From assembly GCA_002633005.1 (NCBI GenBank), contig NMRA01000473.1:130391-194390 (forward strand): DNA of 64,000 nt, given 5' to 3'. Under the pieces are notes generated by a model. It was not told the origin of the DNA. It did no database searches and was given only the letters and a program-made list of their open reading frames with translations. The stretch is from Phoronis australis. Taxonomy: Eukaryota > Animalia > Phoronida. Every line of letters begins with the position of its first letter. Positions within the stretch are counted from its first letter, which is position 1. Positions 1 through 12,288 of this stretch are shown here, in pieces. The position numbers were made by a program, and so were the translations under genes.

Positions 1-190
1 CTTACCTTTGTATGAGGTCGTGCTTACTTCCTCTCATAGAAGCACCCTTTTTACGCAATCTCAGATTCAGTTGGCACGGCTACAAGCCATTTCACCATGT
101 ATTTAAAGGGCTCGCGAAATCGAGGCTGTTAATCTATCACCACTAGTACACGCACGCCCTCTAGTTATTGTAGATTTTCCGAATAGCCCC
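1..190 (-). mobile_element. Terminal fragment (TIR + SAP-motif exon) of an ISL2EU-type DNA transposon, second copy
   Basis: Reverse complement of 21188-21369 at high identity. Ends in GAATAGCCCC followed by AT. Encodes LRLRKKGASMRGSKHDLIQR followed by a gtaag donor at positions 1-5. Confidence 0.8.
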
Positions 191-839
191 ATTGGAAGCG
201 CTCAGATCTGACAATCTCGAGCAACATGTTGGAAAACTTTGAGACGCCAACATAGGAGCGACAGAGGTTTAGACAAAGACCCATTCAGTAAGAAAGCAAC
301 ATATTATAAACAATTAGAATCATATATCTGACTCTGATCAGCCATACCGATCAATGCACTGCAATAATACGCAATCGGACCCTAAATAGACACGAGGACT
401 AGAATGAACAAACATGAGATAGGACGGGAAAGCCGCTCCCGGTTGAAAGATGGTGTAAGTATCGCTGACCTATCTGCACTATCTCTGTTTAAGACTTGGC
501 AGGTAGTCCTCTCAAGCTCTACACTACTTTTTCAAGCTTCGGACGAAAACTAGGCAAATGTTTTTCTAATTTCATTTAGTCTGGAATAAATTTTCGTGCA
601 ACTCCACGTGTCCTGGTTGTTTTTTTTTTTTTTATAGTCACTTTTCAGTTGCTCTGTGTCTCGACGAGAGTAGATGCTAGTGTGACCACACTCTCGATAC
701 GCTGCGCGCTGGCCTTTGCAAGCGAAGAATTAAACGAAGTATTTACAAGCACATTCTTGGCATGCGTTCGGGAGACGCGACTACCGCGTTGTTTCCACCC
801 CATGAGCGAGTAAAACGTTTCAATGCACTGAGATATTAC

Positions 840-1016
840 CGTAAAGTGTATTTCGCACGAACTGTATTTCACTGGGTGTCGTCAGTGATGCTAGCTCACC
901 ACCATCTGCTCTGCATAATTCATTCGCTTGGTTCCACGTCACCGATTCTCTGGAGAATTTATAACAGCTGTGACGCCAAGACACGTAATTGTCGGGACAA
1001 TTCTTGACTGTGCCAT
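840..1016 (-). CDS. Exon: N-terminal half of C-type lectin domain 3
   Basis: Acceptor cttccag|AT, donor TACG|gtaata, 177 bp. Translation DGTVKNCPDNYVSWRHSCYKFSRESVTWNQANELCRADGGELASLTTPSEIQFVRNTLY has the CTLD C-x10-C, W-x2-A-x3-C and LAS motifs. Confidence 0.85.
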
Positions 1017-2246
1017 CTGGAAGCAACACATCGGCAATCGTTACACGAATTACACTGGTGAAAACTATAGGTTCTCTAAAACTACCTCGGCTTGCAGAAC
1101 AATCCGGAACAGTGAAGTGATTCAAGCGCAGTCAATGACGTTCAAGCAGAAAAAGGTCAATAACATTGACTTTATGTGTTAGTTTGTGTTATTTTATGAA
1201 TGAACATTGAAAATGAAGTTTAATAACCTTTCATGATGCAAGTCACTACGGAGGCGCTGGTCGAGCTGTTGTGGGGACTTAAGCTGATGACGTAATCCCC
1301 GTTCCTGCGTACGCCTTGCTCATAGAGCTGTTGACAGCTACTTGCAGTCAGTTGATACATGTCTGCCGGAAGTAATATGACATAGACGTACATATTGCAA
1401 TTACATGGAACTATTTGTGTTTAGGTTTTGTACATGTAGGACCCTGGATAATGTCCAACTTGGGAACATCGTATGTCAGACACGAGTTATCGGATTCATA
1501 TGAAACTTTCAGAAAGTATTCTTTATACATTGCTCTCCAAAACGACGCTAGGAGTTGTTTTAAAATGTTAGTTGCATAAAACGAAAACGAAAACATGATT
1601 TAGATAACTGTAACAGCGTTTTGGAGATTTTATCTTGAGTATTTATATCATGCGAATATTGATCATGTTATTGACACTGATGTTTTGCAATGAATCTACA
1701 TTTTTGCTAAATTTTCCTAAAAAGCAAGGTCACGTGACTTAATTAGTGGAAGATTGGTATAAAGTCAAGAATCAAATTCTACGGAGTTTCTACTTTCAGT
1801 TAACACCAACTTTTGCTGAGTTAGATGCTACAGTTTTGTAGGCAAGGTGCTAACTAGCCTTCAAATGGAAAATAACGTGCGTACATGTAAAGGTAATATC
1901 ACTTCAGCTTGGATATGATATCCATTGACAAAAAAATGTTGTAGTTTTGTTATTTGTGTCCAGCATCAAGGGCCTTACTGTGGCTTTACACGGCACGCGA
2001 CACATGTAGTCGCCAGGGCTACAATAAATGTCGAGTGCGATAATACATGCCGAGAACGAGCGACAAAATGTGTCGATGTTGAGATAGCCTTTCTGTGCAT
2101 CCTTAGGTGATTCAAAACTAAGTATTCTTGGCAGCTACGTAAATATTAATTTCATGAAATGGCGACAAAATTATTGTTTCCAACACAACTCTGACATGAC
2201 AAATTACAATGGATGGTGTTGATCACAATCTCAGAATGCCTCTCAC

Positions 2247-2885
2247 CCATTTTGTAGAAAACTGCGTGATAAGAATCATTCCCACATCCCTGGTACAACT
2301 TTCCGAGGCAACCAGCGTTACAGTTTCCAGTCACGTGTGGGGTTGTGTAATTAATGCAGAAACATCCAAGTTTGGTGGCAGCGGCATAGATTGATTTTGT
2401 CACGCGGCAGGTTTCAATACACAACGTGGCGCTGTTCTGCGTGTAGTTGTCGTATACGGGATTTCCAGGCGGTGCGTCATGACAGCCCAATTGACCGGTT
2501 GGTGACTCGCACAACAGTGGTCTTCTTGAATAACACCGTGTCGCATGTTTCTCGAACTCATTAGATAGACGTGTGCATCTCTTTGCTGGGTTGGAAGCTT
2601 TATGTATGGCATCTGTATCTAACAGAGAGCCGTCACTGGAAGACCAAGACTCTCCGTACCCAACAGAATCTACCATTCCCAGACGCCAGCCATAGTAGTC
2701 ACTTAGGAATGGTATTGACTGAGAAATGTCGTAGAGAGCATCATGTTTGTATCTTGAAATCACCGTAGCCAATGTGGAGTTTAGCGATTTACAAAAGTCC
2801 ACCGCTTCCTTAACCCATTTATAGGCGATGTGGAACTTGTAACAGTTGCCCTCCCATGGTATCCATGAAGGTTTACATTGACGCT
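2247..2885 (-). CDS. Exon: C-type lectin domain 2 + WSC domain 4
   Basis: Acceptor ttttgtgtag|AG, donor ATGG|gtgaga, 639 bp. CKPSWIPWEGNCYKF...RPLLCE (CTLD) is followed by LGCHD...CIETC...CFC...CNAGCLG...QGCG...AVFY (WSC cysteine pattern). Confidence 0.88.
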
Positions 2886-3640
2886 CTACACAAAACAATA
2901 CCAGTTAACAGTGATTAGAACGCTTCTATAAAGCTGAAATAATTTGTTATCTAAGAGTTCTCATCATTTTGAAAACAAGTTTCATTCACGTAAAAAATAG
3001 CTTGTCTACGCCTGGTCTACGAGATCTTTTGAATACTTTGCAAAAGAAAACGAAAGTAATTACATTCAGTTAAGCATGCAAGTAACAAGATGTGAGCAAT
3101 GATCACATGACTTCAAAAGAAGACTTTCGATGAATTGTCTTCGATCTCTTGGTATGTCTTTATGTATGTTGCATCTGGTGAGGTAATACTATTGATAAAT
3201 TTATTAGAGTCACACACGTACAGAGAAATTAAAGAAAAACATAAAAACACAACAAAAAAATTTAAGGTACAAGTGCAAGGCAGGGATAACATAAAAAGTC
3301 AAAGACCTATTTCCATGATGGTCTTCAGTTGATACATTCAGTATCTAAGAAAATGTCTGAAAAGGAGTTTACTGTAAAACCTTGTATAAGACAGAAAAGT
3401 GATCCCTACTTCGCCGTATTTTAACAAACTTTAATCAAACCATAACAATACCATGAATAGTACAGGTGAAGTTCAACAGAGGTGCTGGACTTGACGATCT
3501 ATTCGTCGACACGGGAATATCGTTGAAAATTAAATCTTCACATGACACTGGCTTGTCGAATTCATCTAAAAAGGATACAATAATGCCTGGGTAACACTCA
3601 CGTTCACGGGTTATGAGTTTTATTAGAAGTGGACAAGGTT

Positions 3641-4086
3641 CCAGTGCCCGGTTGCATGAAACAGTCCCAAATAGGGACTCAACTAAGTTCCCTAAATCTT
3701 CTGCGTATATGTGGGCTTGTGGAAACACTTTTTTTCCTATCGTATGATGTTTGAGTATCATTACTATGCCAATATTTGGCTTTTATACAAATTGAGAGTG
3801 AAATCAAGTTTGAATTCTCAATATTACTGAAAATAACTAAGGATCTTTTCATGCAACGCCCGCAATTTAAGGACTAAGTCCCTAACTGTTTTGATTGAAT
3901 TAAGGGCTCAGTTTTTAGTTATATTATTAGAAAATGTCATTAGACAAAGAAGAGCTCACAAAAAAGTAAAATTATAGACAAAATATTACATCAATTCTGC
4001 GCCTAAAGAAGGAAACAAATACGAAAAAGATTTAGAGAATTTAGTTAAGTCCCTATTTGGGACTGTTTCATGCAACCAGGCACTGG
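3641..4086. mobile_element. MITE, PIF/Harbinger-like non-autonomous element
   Basis: ~60-bp terminal inverted repeats CCAGTGCCCGGTTGCATGAAACAGTCCCAAATAGGGACT / AGTCCCTATTTGGGACTGTTTCATGCAACCAGGCACTGG with CAG/CTG at the edges. A partial related copy starts at 4191. Confidence 0.8.
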
Positions 4087-4893
4087 AGACTGCGAGGCTT
4101 TGTGAAAGTAACTATAGTGAGCGCGTGAAACTATTTTGTCTTTTGCTATACTTTCGAAACAGGAGACCCCGAACACCACAGGCCACAGCACCAGTGCTCG
4201 GTTCAATGAAACAGTCCCAGTAGCGATTTCACTATGTCTTTTTAAATACTCAGCGCATTTGTAGATTTGGTTTCCTCTTTAATACGGTGTCTTTCACTTT
4301 ACCTTTATGTGAGCTAAACTTTTACAAAACGACACTTTGAATACTGAACCTGTATTTTCATAGAAATAAATAAGTGGTCCCTGATTTGGCAGTGTTGCAT
4401 GAAAATGTATTACCTAGTAACTTTCAATAACATAACGAATTCAACGTAAAGTTTATTCTTGTACGTGGCAAAGCTAATACACGAGTTGGCAATGAAGATG
4501 GTATGACAGAAGTACAGTCTGCGTGTGCATAAACGATCAGTCAGAGAGGAACTACAATTTTGTGCCTATTATCTTGATTCAATGATAAAAAACTGTGACT
4601 AGAAATGGCCGTAGAAACTGGAGATTTTTTGGGGTTATACTAAGTCTCTCACCTCTCACTAGGTATTAAACAGGCAATTCGCCGGACATAGCGGAGGAAA
4701 ATTATCGTAGTTTTAACTCAATGCATCGTCTCATTATCTAATCATTTGTCTTTTATTTGTCTTTTCATAAAACATCTTTGACGACAGTCAATGGTATCTT
4801 TTTTGCTTTTCTATACTCAAAGTCTGACAAGAGGAATAAAACTTTTTTCCTTATTCACCGAGTAGAGTGTGTAAGCGGATGAAGCATATTTAC

Positions 4894-5157
4894 CAATACG
4901 GTAGATCGAAGTGTGGTTTGTTCCTCCACATTTTTGACGTCGGTTCCAAGGACATGCGTCATTACAGTAACCCATACTGCTTATGTTGTGTGAGATTATT
5001 TGGGATTGTGAATAGCAAATACAAGCTTTCTTTTGAAGAGCTGCAAAAGCGTAGTCTCGATGACGACAAATTTCAATGCAGTATGCTATTGTCATGTCCT
5101 CGGCAATGAATTTTTCAGGGTCCGTTTGGCTGTCTGTCTCAAAACAACCATGGTAAG
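4894..5157 (-). CDS. Exon: WSC domain 3
   Basis: Acceptor tttatttcag|CT, donor ATTG|gtaaat, 264 bp. AYHGCFETD...MTIAYCIEICRHRDYAFAALQKKACIC...CNDACPWNRRQKCGGTNHTSIYRI is a textbook WSC pattern. Confidence 0.9.
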
Positions 5158-5889
5158 CTGAAATAAATACCTCAAAATTAACAGAGATTTTACAAGAAAG
5201 AACATATGAAATAAAGTGTACAATCTTATACTTACATTTAGGGAATTATCCACGCGCGGATTCAGACTTTGCTGGTAGAAACTTATCTTAAAATTGACAT
5301 AAATTTACGATTTTAAGTCTGTTCCATAAAGATCTTAAGTTTGATTTAGGTTCTTGACTTTAGTTGTGTTTTATCGTATAAACCGAGAATTTTGTAGAAA
5401 ATGTCCTTCACGGATGGTGGAAAGGTATCTGATTACTGCAGGGTAACTTTATGGAAGTGCATAATTTCCTCGCAGTTGTAATTCCGATACGGAAAAAAAC
5501 ATCGTTACTCGACGTAAGAAGATAACATGTCTTCAATTTTGATAACAGGCCCGCGTTCCGAAGACACAAGAAACAAGCAAAAACTGTAAGATGACACAAG
5601 TTTTCCAGAGATATTGTCAAGCATTGCAAGTGACCCACAAGGTCGCACTAGCTTTTCCAGCGGTCCGTCTCAGATCTGCGGAGTTCAGCGCAGGTCACGC
5701 GTTGTGATTGCTTCTCGAAATTAATAAGAAGCAAGAGGTACAATATTTACAACAAGGAATAAAACTTCTGCTTTTCAAGCACTGAGCATGCGTAATTAAA
5801 ATGGAACAAATGCAACGAAGTTGTTTACTCTTTCCATCTAAACTACATGTATCTATACGACAGCCCCAGCCCGCTGTTTCATCTGTTTT

Positions 5890-6220
5890 CGAAATTACAG
5901 TTGGCATTTTCCGTTCTGCTGTTGTGTCACCTCAAGATAAGTGTCTGCTAGCTTGTCCTCTAATACATTATGGTTTACGCATATGCGTTTCAAGTTCAAG
6001 TTCTCATTTAATGACTCCTAGATTCTGGCTGCAAACTTGAGTAAAAACGTGAGATTTCGAGTTCAGACTCAAACTTTTAATCTTAATGCTGGGATCGTCA
6101 AGTGCAGACTAGGAATTAGACAGTTATTCATAATCATGCAAGTCATATCTTTGAACATATTGGACACTTATCTTGATTTCGCACAAAAGTAAAATAAAAA
6201 ATGCCAACAAAATTTCGAGG
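5890..6220. mobile_element. MITE copy A, related to 8266-8642 in opposite orientation
   Basis: Internal inverted ends (TTGGCATTTT..CAAGATAAGTGTC / GACACTTATCTTG..AAAATGCCAA). Body 5935-6125 aligns by eye to the reverse complement of 8380-8592. Confidence 0.65.
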
Positions 6221-6879
6221 TCAGTTTCGATCAGGAATTAAAATGTGAATTTTGAGCTCGACAATGTGACAATGGAACGCAGAAAAAGGTCCGTTGATGG
6301 CTCCTTCTATATTTACTAGGCTATGATGACTGGTTGGTTCACGCGAATATTTCGACGCACTCTTTCTGTGTTCATAGATAACACCAACAAGACCCTGATT
6401 CATGAATCAAAACCCTCCGATTCTATTCAAAGAGTTGTTCTTCTAACACTTGAGCTCAAATGATAAACTCTGTTTGATAATCTTAAATACACTGGACACT
6501 CCTTTGATAGCGGATGTGAGAGTACTGGACGACGAGTTTTTGGTTTGAGAAAGTTGTCAGAGAGACTCTCTAAGTTAAAGCCAAGAGCCCTTCTCGAACA
6601 GACACAGAGGGGATCAGATATACGTTGTCTAGCCCATGCCCCAGGGACATGCAGTCGTTGAACACCGGCACAGGGCGACAAAACTTTCGCGGGAACCAGT
6701 CGCTCATCAATCACCCGGCCAGTAAAAGGAGCCAAGCGACACCGCATCGTCGCTGAACTTACTTTAAAATCACTTCCAGAAGTTGTGATTTATATTTTTA
6801 CACCTAATGATTTATGGTTGATTGCTATCTCAATTTCAATTGCTTTTAACAAGGATGGGGCTGCTGAAACTTGGATTAC

Positions 6880-7113
6880 CTTTGCTTTTCTTGCAGATAA
6901 CTGCAGCGTTGAGACCTGAACAGTTGGCGTCGATCCAAGTATAGTCATAATCCTTGTGCATTACGACACAGTTATTAGAAGGATCTAACTGTACACTCTC
7001 GGAAAAACTCCCATAATGTAGAAGATTTCCGTCCACCCAAGTGAATCTCGATACGTTGTGATGATCATAGAGGCCAATCAGAAAAGATGTCGGAACGCCT
7101 AAAGATCTCCTCT
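6880..7113 (-). CDS. Exon: C-terminal half of C-type lectin domain 1
   Basis: Acceptor catgttttag|AG (in-frame alternative at 7098), donor AAAG|gtaatc. Translation SFLIGLYDHHNVSRFTWVDG...NNCVVMHKDYDYTWIDANCSGLNAAVICK. Confidence 0.85.
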
Positions 7114-7582
7114 CTAAAACATGAACGAAGAGATAAATATTGCTGAACCACTAAAATTCTCAGCCAACATTACATCGGAAGCACCTATAATGATTATAAT
7201 TTTTTCTTGTTTTCCTCTTTTGATTTTATGCTGCGCTGTACCCTTTAAATATGCAGCATTGGCCCCGCACATGCGTGCAGGAATTGCGTCCCAAGAATAA
7301 AAAGAGTGCTGAGTGGTGACCAATACACACGCAAAGTAACTATTGGCACTGGGAATGAATTTACTGACACCACGAGATCTTCAGTATTGAAGTGGTGTGT
7401 AATAAATCTTTACTTGGACATTGTTGGGGAAAAAGCATCTGATTTTCATTTGTTAAATGTAACAATTTTGACATCGCGAGCTGTCGTTTCCAATTATCCA
7501 TTAATGAGACCCCTTTTCTATCTTCGCACGACAACCTTTTGGAAAGAATCACTAACGCTTCAGTACCAGTTGAACAACCTAC

Positions 7583-7756
7583 TGAGAATGGCATCCCGGA
7601 TGAAGTCTTGTTCCTCGCTGGTTGTGATGGAGACCAAGAAGGCGTTGTGTTGAGCGCAAGAGTTGATACCCTCCGCCATGTTCGTTATAATGGTGGTGTT
7701 GAACAAATAACAACTTCCATCGTATCCAACCCAGTCTTTATCGCACACTGTTCCAT
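7583..7756 (-). CDS. Exon: N-terminal half of C-type lectin domain 1
   Basis: Acceptor tttgaacag|AT, donor CTCA|gtaggt, 174 bp. Translation DGTVCDKDWVGYDGSCYLF...CAQHNAFLVSITTSEEQDFIR. Confidence 0.87.
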
Positions 7757-8265
7757 CTGTTCAAATCATATTGCATTAAGCCAACTGTAAGTATCATGAA
7801 AGGACCTGCACTTCCATTCTCCCACACCAGTAATGACTTTCCATTCTTAAGAACAATTTCTTTCGCAGTGAGAATTTTGTAGTAGCTTACATATTACAAA
7901 ACGTAGCAATAAAGTTATATAGCTTTGTAAATTTTTTCATTACGTAAATTTCATTTCTGTTTTAACATGCAACAAAAAGTATGGAAGATCAAAAGACATC
8001 ATCAAAGGTTACCTTTCATGTAGCAGTATTCATCCGATCCTTTGTCGGTGAAATTTAACCAGTATCTTGCATGTACAAAGTTCCCCAAGTTGTAAATATC
8101 CAAGCACGTCCTACGCCAAGCATCCATTTTTGAAAAGGGCTCTAGAAACATAATTTGATTCCTGTCAAAAACCGAATGATCTCGACTAGTCGCGGTTGTA
8201 CCGCGTTCCGATGTTGAATTTGACAAGAAAGCAAATAGGTCGTGTTTTCAGAAGGCAGATCACGG

Positions 8266-8642
8266 CCCGGGGTCTAATCGAACTGAAAGTTATGTTTGAC
8301 AGTTTCTATTCATGTTTGTAGGAACACAAAACATGTGTCTATTATTCTATGCCCCAGTACATAATGGCTTGTGTGAGTCACTGTCTAATCCTAATTTTCA
8401 CTTAATGATCCCAGCATTAAAACTACAAGTTTGAGTCTGAACTGGAAACTTCGAGTTCTTACTTGGAATCTCGAGTTTTTAATTCAATTTGTAGCTCGAA
8501 TCTGGTAGTCATCAAGAGCGAACTTGGACTACAACTCATACGTATAAACCATAATGTACTTGAGCACAAAATAATAGACACTTATCTTGAGTAAAACAGG
8601 AAATGCCAAAAATTATTCCCAGTGTTAAGATTAGACCCTGGA
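8266..8642. mobile_element. MITE copy B
   Basis: TIRs CCGGGGTCTAATC / GATTAGACCCTGG. Body is an inverted copy of 5935-6125. Confidence 0.65.
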
Positions 8643-9563
8643 CCCTCGCAGTTAAAACGACGAGCGTTCATAAAGGCCCTCTATCTTTCATCGTACGCAC
8701 AATATTAAGGTTCAAAATACTGACCAATAATTTGCAGTTTCCGTGGGCCGTGGTCAGAGCTTAAGCCAAAACACAATTTTGGAATGTAGAGGCCTCTTAC
8801 CTCAATTGATTTGGAGTCGAACAATAAGAAAGCAGTCATACATGGGATGCGTGGGTAATTCATCCAATCAGAATGCAGATCAGAAGACGTGTGGACGTTG
8901 CATCAGATATTTTGTTTCACAATTTATTTGTCTTGTCTGACATAAGCAAGGGGCCCGTCCTGTATGATATCCGTGACTCGAATAAAAATTGGCGTGATCT
9001 CTCAAAATCTAATCTCAGAAACGCATCTCAGGCCTGGTTTTCAATTCTCGCCTTTATACATGTACAATCAGAAGAAGATAATGGAAGCGACCTCTACATC
9101 CCGTTATGTAAGTTAATGTGATTCACATGAGATCGCGTATATCAATTATGAAACTGCAAATCGTACACCTCTTGCGATAAACGTAAGGTACTGGGTACGC
9201 ATTCCACAGCAGAGATTCACGAACAACTTTAATTCTTGCCATCTGGCGACAGACAGGGAATAATGGGTGTTTCGCTTTTAGCGAGGGTACGTTTTCCCAC
9301 AGTCCAATGTACATGCGAGTCTCATTAGGCCTATATGCCCAAGGAAGACAATTTATAGACAGACCTAGGGTGTCCCCCTCCGCTTCCGCCTGAACATGAC
9401 CGAAAGCCACCGACGAGATTTTTTTGAGGACTTACGCGAATATTTCATTTTCCTACGGAAATTGTTGCTGCCTCAATTCGTTGTCCCCTCAGTTTTTACA
9501 ATCACGGAACCTAGTGATGGATACAATGATTCATCAAGGTGATGACGATAGAGGATGGGTTGC

Positions 9564-9839
9564 AAATCTGTTCTTTTGGACTAATAATGTGACAAGCGTG
9601 GCTCGACGTTGCAGCCGAATCTACAAGTTCTGAAGTATAATTTTGGCGAGAACTTGCTGTCCAATCAATAGACAGGGTGATTAAGGTTTAGCTTCTAACG
9701 CGTGGTCCAAAGCCATTGACCTGTTACCCAAGAGGTCAGAGGTCATTGATTGGTCAAGTTTGATCCAAAGATATCACTCTTGAGCCTACCGCAACGTCGA
9801 CTCATTCTTATAATATTATTAGTCCAGCAGAACAGATTT
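9564..9839. mobile_element. Foldback MITE
   Basis: ~110-bp imperfect inverted arms: AAATCTGTTCT..TGGACTAATAAT..TCGACGTTGC vs GCAACGTCGA..ATTATTAGTCCA..AGAACAGATTT. Confidence 0.7.
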
Positions 9840-10004
9840 ATAATTTATCATATATTGAACTCATCGCTCCATGTTGTGCTCTAAATTTAAATAAATCTTG
9901 TATTATATTTCATTTCTGCAAAACAAGCGCAATATACTACGTAGGTTTTAAGCCTTTGGTTGTTCGTAGCAATCAGCCCCCCACACACATTTTTTACTAG
10001 TTTT

Positions 10005-11250
10005 ACTGTGATATATATTTATTGAGGGATACACAGAACATACAAAGAAATAATAACAAACCCAGAAACCGCGAAGCATTATATCTGGGTTGTAAACAAT
10101 TCATAAATGAAACTTATATACATAGAGGTATATACAATTAAGTAGTATCTAAAATAAGTATTCCAATGCTTAGACATGCTATTACAGATATATAAAAACA
10201 AAAATATGTACAGATTCATGTAGGGAAATCAGATGCAACAATATTGATCAACGGTACATAAAAATTTGCTAACGTTGCTTAGGAGGAATTCGTTGAGAAC
10301 AAAGTCAAGGTTAGGACTACCATTCAGTAATAATGTAACTCTAGTAGGGATATTATTACAAGAATTGAGAGCGTTAACAATTGATTGGTTATCATTGAGT
10401 GCACGGAAGAGTGAGNCTATTTCGTTATCGCGGGTAAGGGAGAATTGAGTCAAGGGTGTTGAGTTATCAAAATTATGAAAAACAGTTCTAAAATTATTTT
10501 TTATACTCGTAAAAGAGTTGCTTTCCTTAACAGAGACTGGAAGAGAATTCCAGTTGTTGATGCACATCATGACTGTAGACCTTCTGAATGCCTGACTGAA
10601 CGACGGAGGAATTGCATATGGGGTGGAGGATCTCAAATCACTACGATGGCCTTGTCTAGTATATAGATCAAATATTTTTTTGACAGACACGTTGTTGACA
10701 TTGTTTATTACCTTGAAAGTAAATGTGGTCATGTGAAGATTGCGTCGAGTAGACAGTTTGGGCCACTTGAGACTATTCAAAACCTTAACACTATTGGATC
10801 CCCTGTAAGCTCCGGTTATGAGTAAGGCGGCTTGATATTGTAACTTCTCCAAATGTTGGAGTGCACCCGTATTGGCAGACTGATATATAATATCACAATA
10901 ATCAATGTGTGGAAGTACAAAGGATTTGAACAAAACTTCTAAATGTGTAGAATTCAGATGACGAGAGACAAGCTTAAGTGGGTTAATTAGTTCCTGAGTT
11001 TTTTGTACGAGCTCCCGAGCGTGAGGGGTGAATGAGAGTTTTTCATCTAACAGTATACCCAGATGTCTGTGCGACTGTTTTCTAGGAATGATTTCATCAT
11101 TAAGTTTAAGGTCATAAGACGGGTCAACAAGGAAGAGAGCATTAATAGATTTGGAGAAGGTGAGGTCAACGCTTTTTTCTGGTTTAAAATTCATTCTCCA
11201 TTCTTGTGACCAATAGCTTAGTTTATTTAAGTCGTGTTGAAGTAGTAAAA
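10005..11250 (-). mobile_element. 5'-truncated non-LTR retrotransposon (CR1/L2 group), RT C-terminal region and 3' UTR
   Basis: LQHDLNKLSYWSQEWRMNFKPEKS, HRHLGILLDEKLSF, FKSFVLPHIDYCDIIY and WNSLP motifs in ORF 10229-11194. 3' UTR stem (CCCAGA..TCTGGG near 10061-10090) and AATAAA near 10020. N join at 10416. Confidence 0.88.
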
Positions 11251-11473
11251 AGCAGCTTTATGAAACTGGTCTGAAGCAATAACGACCAATCACTTCTTCT
11301 CAAGTCTTGAAATTAATTGTAATGTGAGAAATGAGTGAGATAAGCCTGATTACATAACGGTAATAGGCCTAACACGAAAGCTGGTCTTTAGTTCACAGTA
11401 GTCACCAGTTTACTGCAGTTTTTTAGTTATGCAAGAAACGACGTACGTAAGTCTAAACATCTTGGGGACTTAC

Positions 11474-11593
11474 CAGCTACGAGGACACGGTAACATTGGT
11501 TGCTGCCGCATTTCCCGTATGGCGGACTATTTGAGAAAGGCGTGTAACCAGGGCATGTGTCACTCGCATTTGTGCACTGACCCATTGACGTCA
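11474..11593 (-). CDS. Exon: C-terminal part of WSC domain 2 (absent from the ORF track)
   Basis: Acceptor tgtttcag|TG, donor GCTG|gtaagt, 120 bp. VTSMGQCTNASDTCPGYTPFSNSPPYGKCGSNQCYRVLVA supplies the C..CPG..CG motif. Confidence 0.8.
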
Positions 11594-12102
11594 CTGAAAC
11601 AATTGAAAAGGGTTGGATTCAAATATGTTGCTCGTTTGGCGAACTTCAGAAAAACACATCTCAGAAATGTCTGAATGGAATCACATGAAAGGAATTGCTT
11701 TTAAAATGTTCCACTTTTGCATGAGGGGCTATCAAATCTCACCTTGTGCATTTGTATTAAATAAAATGTTTTGGACACCGTTATTTTGCTTTTTGCTAAA
11801 TTTACTAAAAAGACAAGACAGTTGAAACAGTCAAATTGTACCGGCTTTCTATTTTCAGAAAAATATACTTTTAATGAGTTAAAGTCGTTAGTTTCGTAGA
11901 TGTTTAACAAATACACAGACCAGTCAATAGGTTCCTACATAACAATAAAAATAGGTATGCTTGTTGAAAGTATTCACACCTTTGTAAAAGTTTCTAGAAT
12001 CTTCCTTATATTCTATTTCAAACTATCCTAAATCATTCTAGAGTGTTAAAACAATGTTTCAAGTTTGATGCTTTTTGTTTCAGAGCAAGTAAAAGCTTAT
12101 AC

Positions 12103-12288
12103 CAGTTGCGTTCACATCCATTTGTTTGCTGCAGTAACAGTCAGTTTTCTGTACAATTGCGTATCGCATGTGGTGCCCTCTGCAGTAGGCAAGACAAATC
12201 TTGTGTGTCATGTCGATGTAGGAGAAGTGAGTCGCAGACGGCAAAAACCCCGAACTGTTCGCCCACCGTTGCGAAGAGTAATAATTGT
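12103..12288 (-). CDS. Exon: N-terminal part of WSC domain 2
   Basis: Acceptor ttttttcactag|AC, donor ACTG|gtataa, 186 bp. Contains MTHKICLAYCRGHHMRYAIVQKTDCYCS. Confidence 0.8.

Noticed and set aside
3435-3761. 108-aa ORF
   Set aside because: Runs across a MITE TIR and has no domain motif.
8012-8936. Possible extra exon pair (8012-8161 with RYWLNFTD and a donor; 8801-8936 with a gtaaga donor)
   Set aside because: The acceptor phase is incompatible with the phase-1 chain, and all three frames of the upstream piece contain stops. At most a decayed module.
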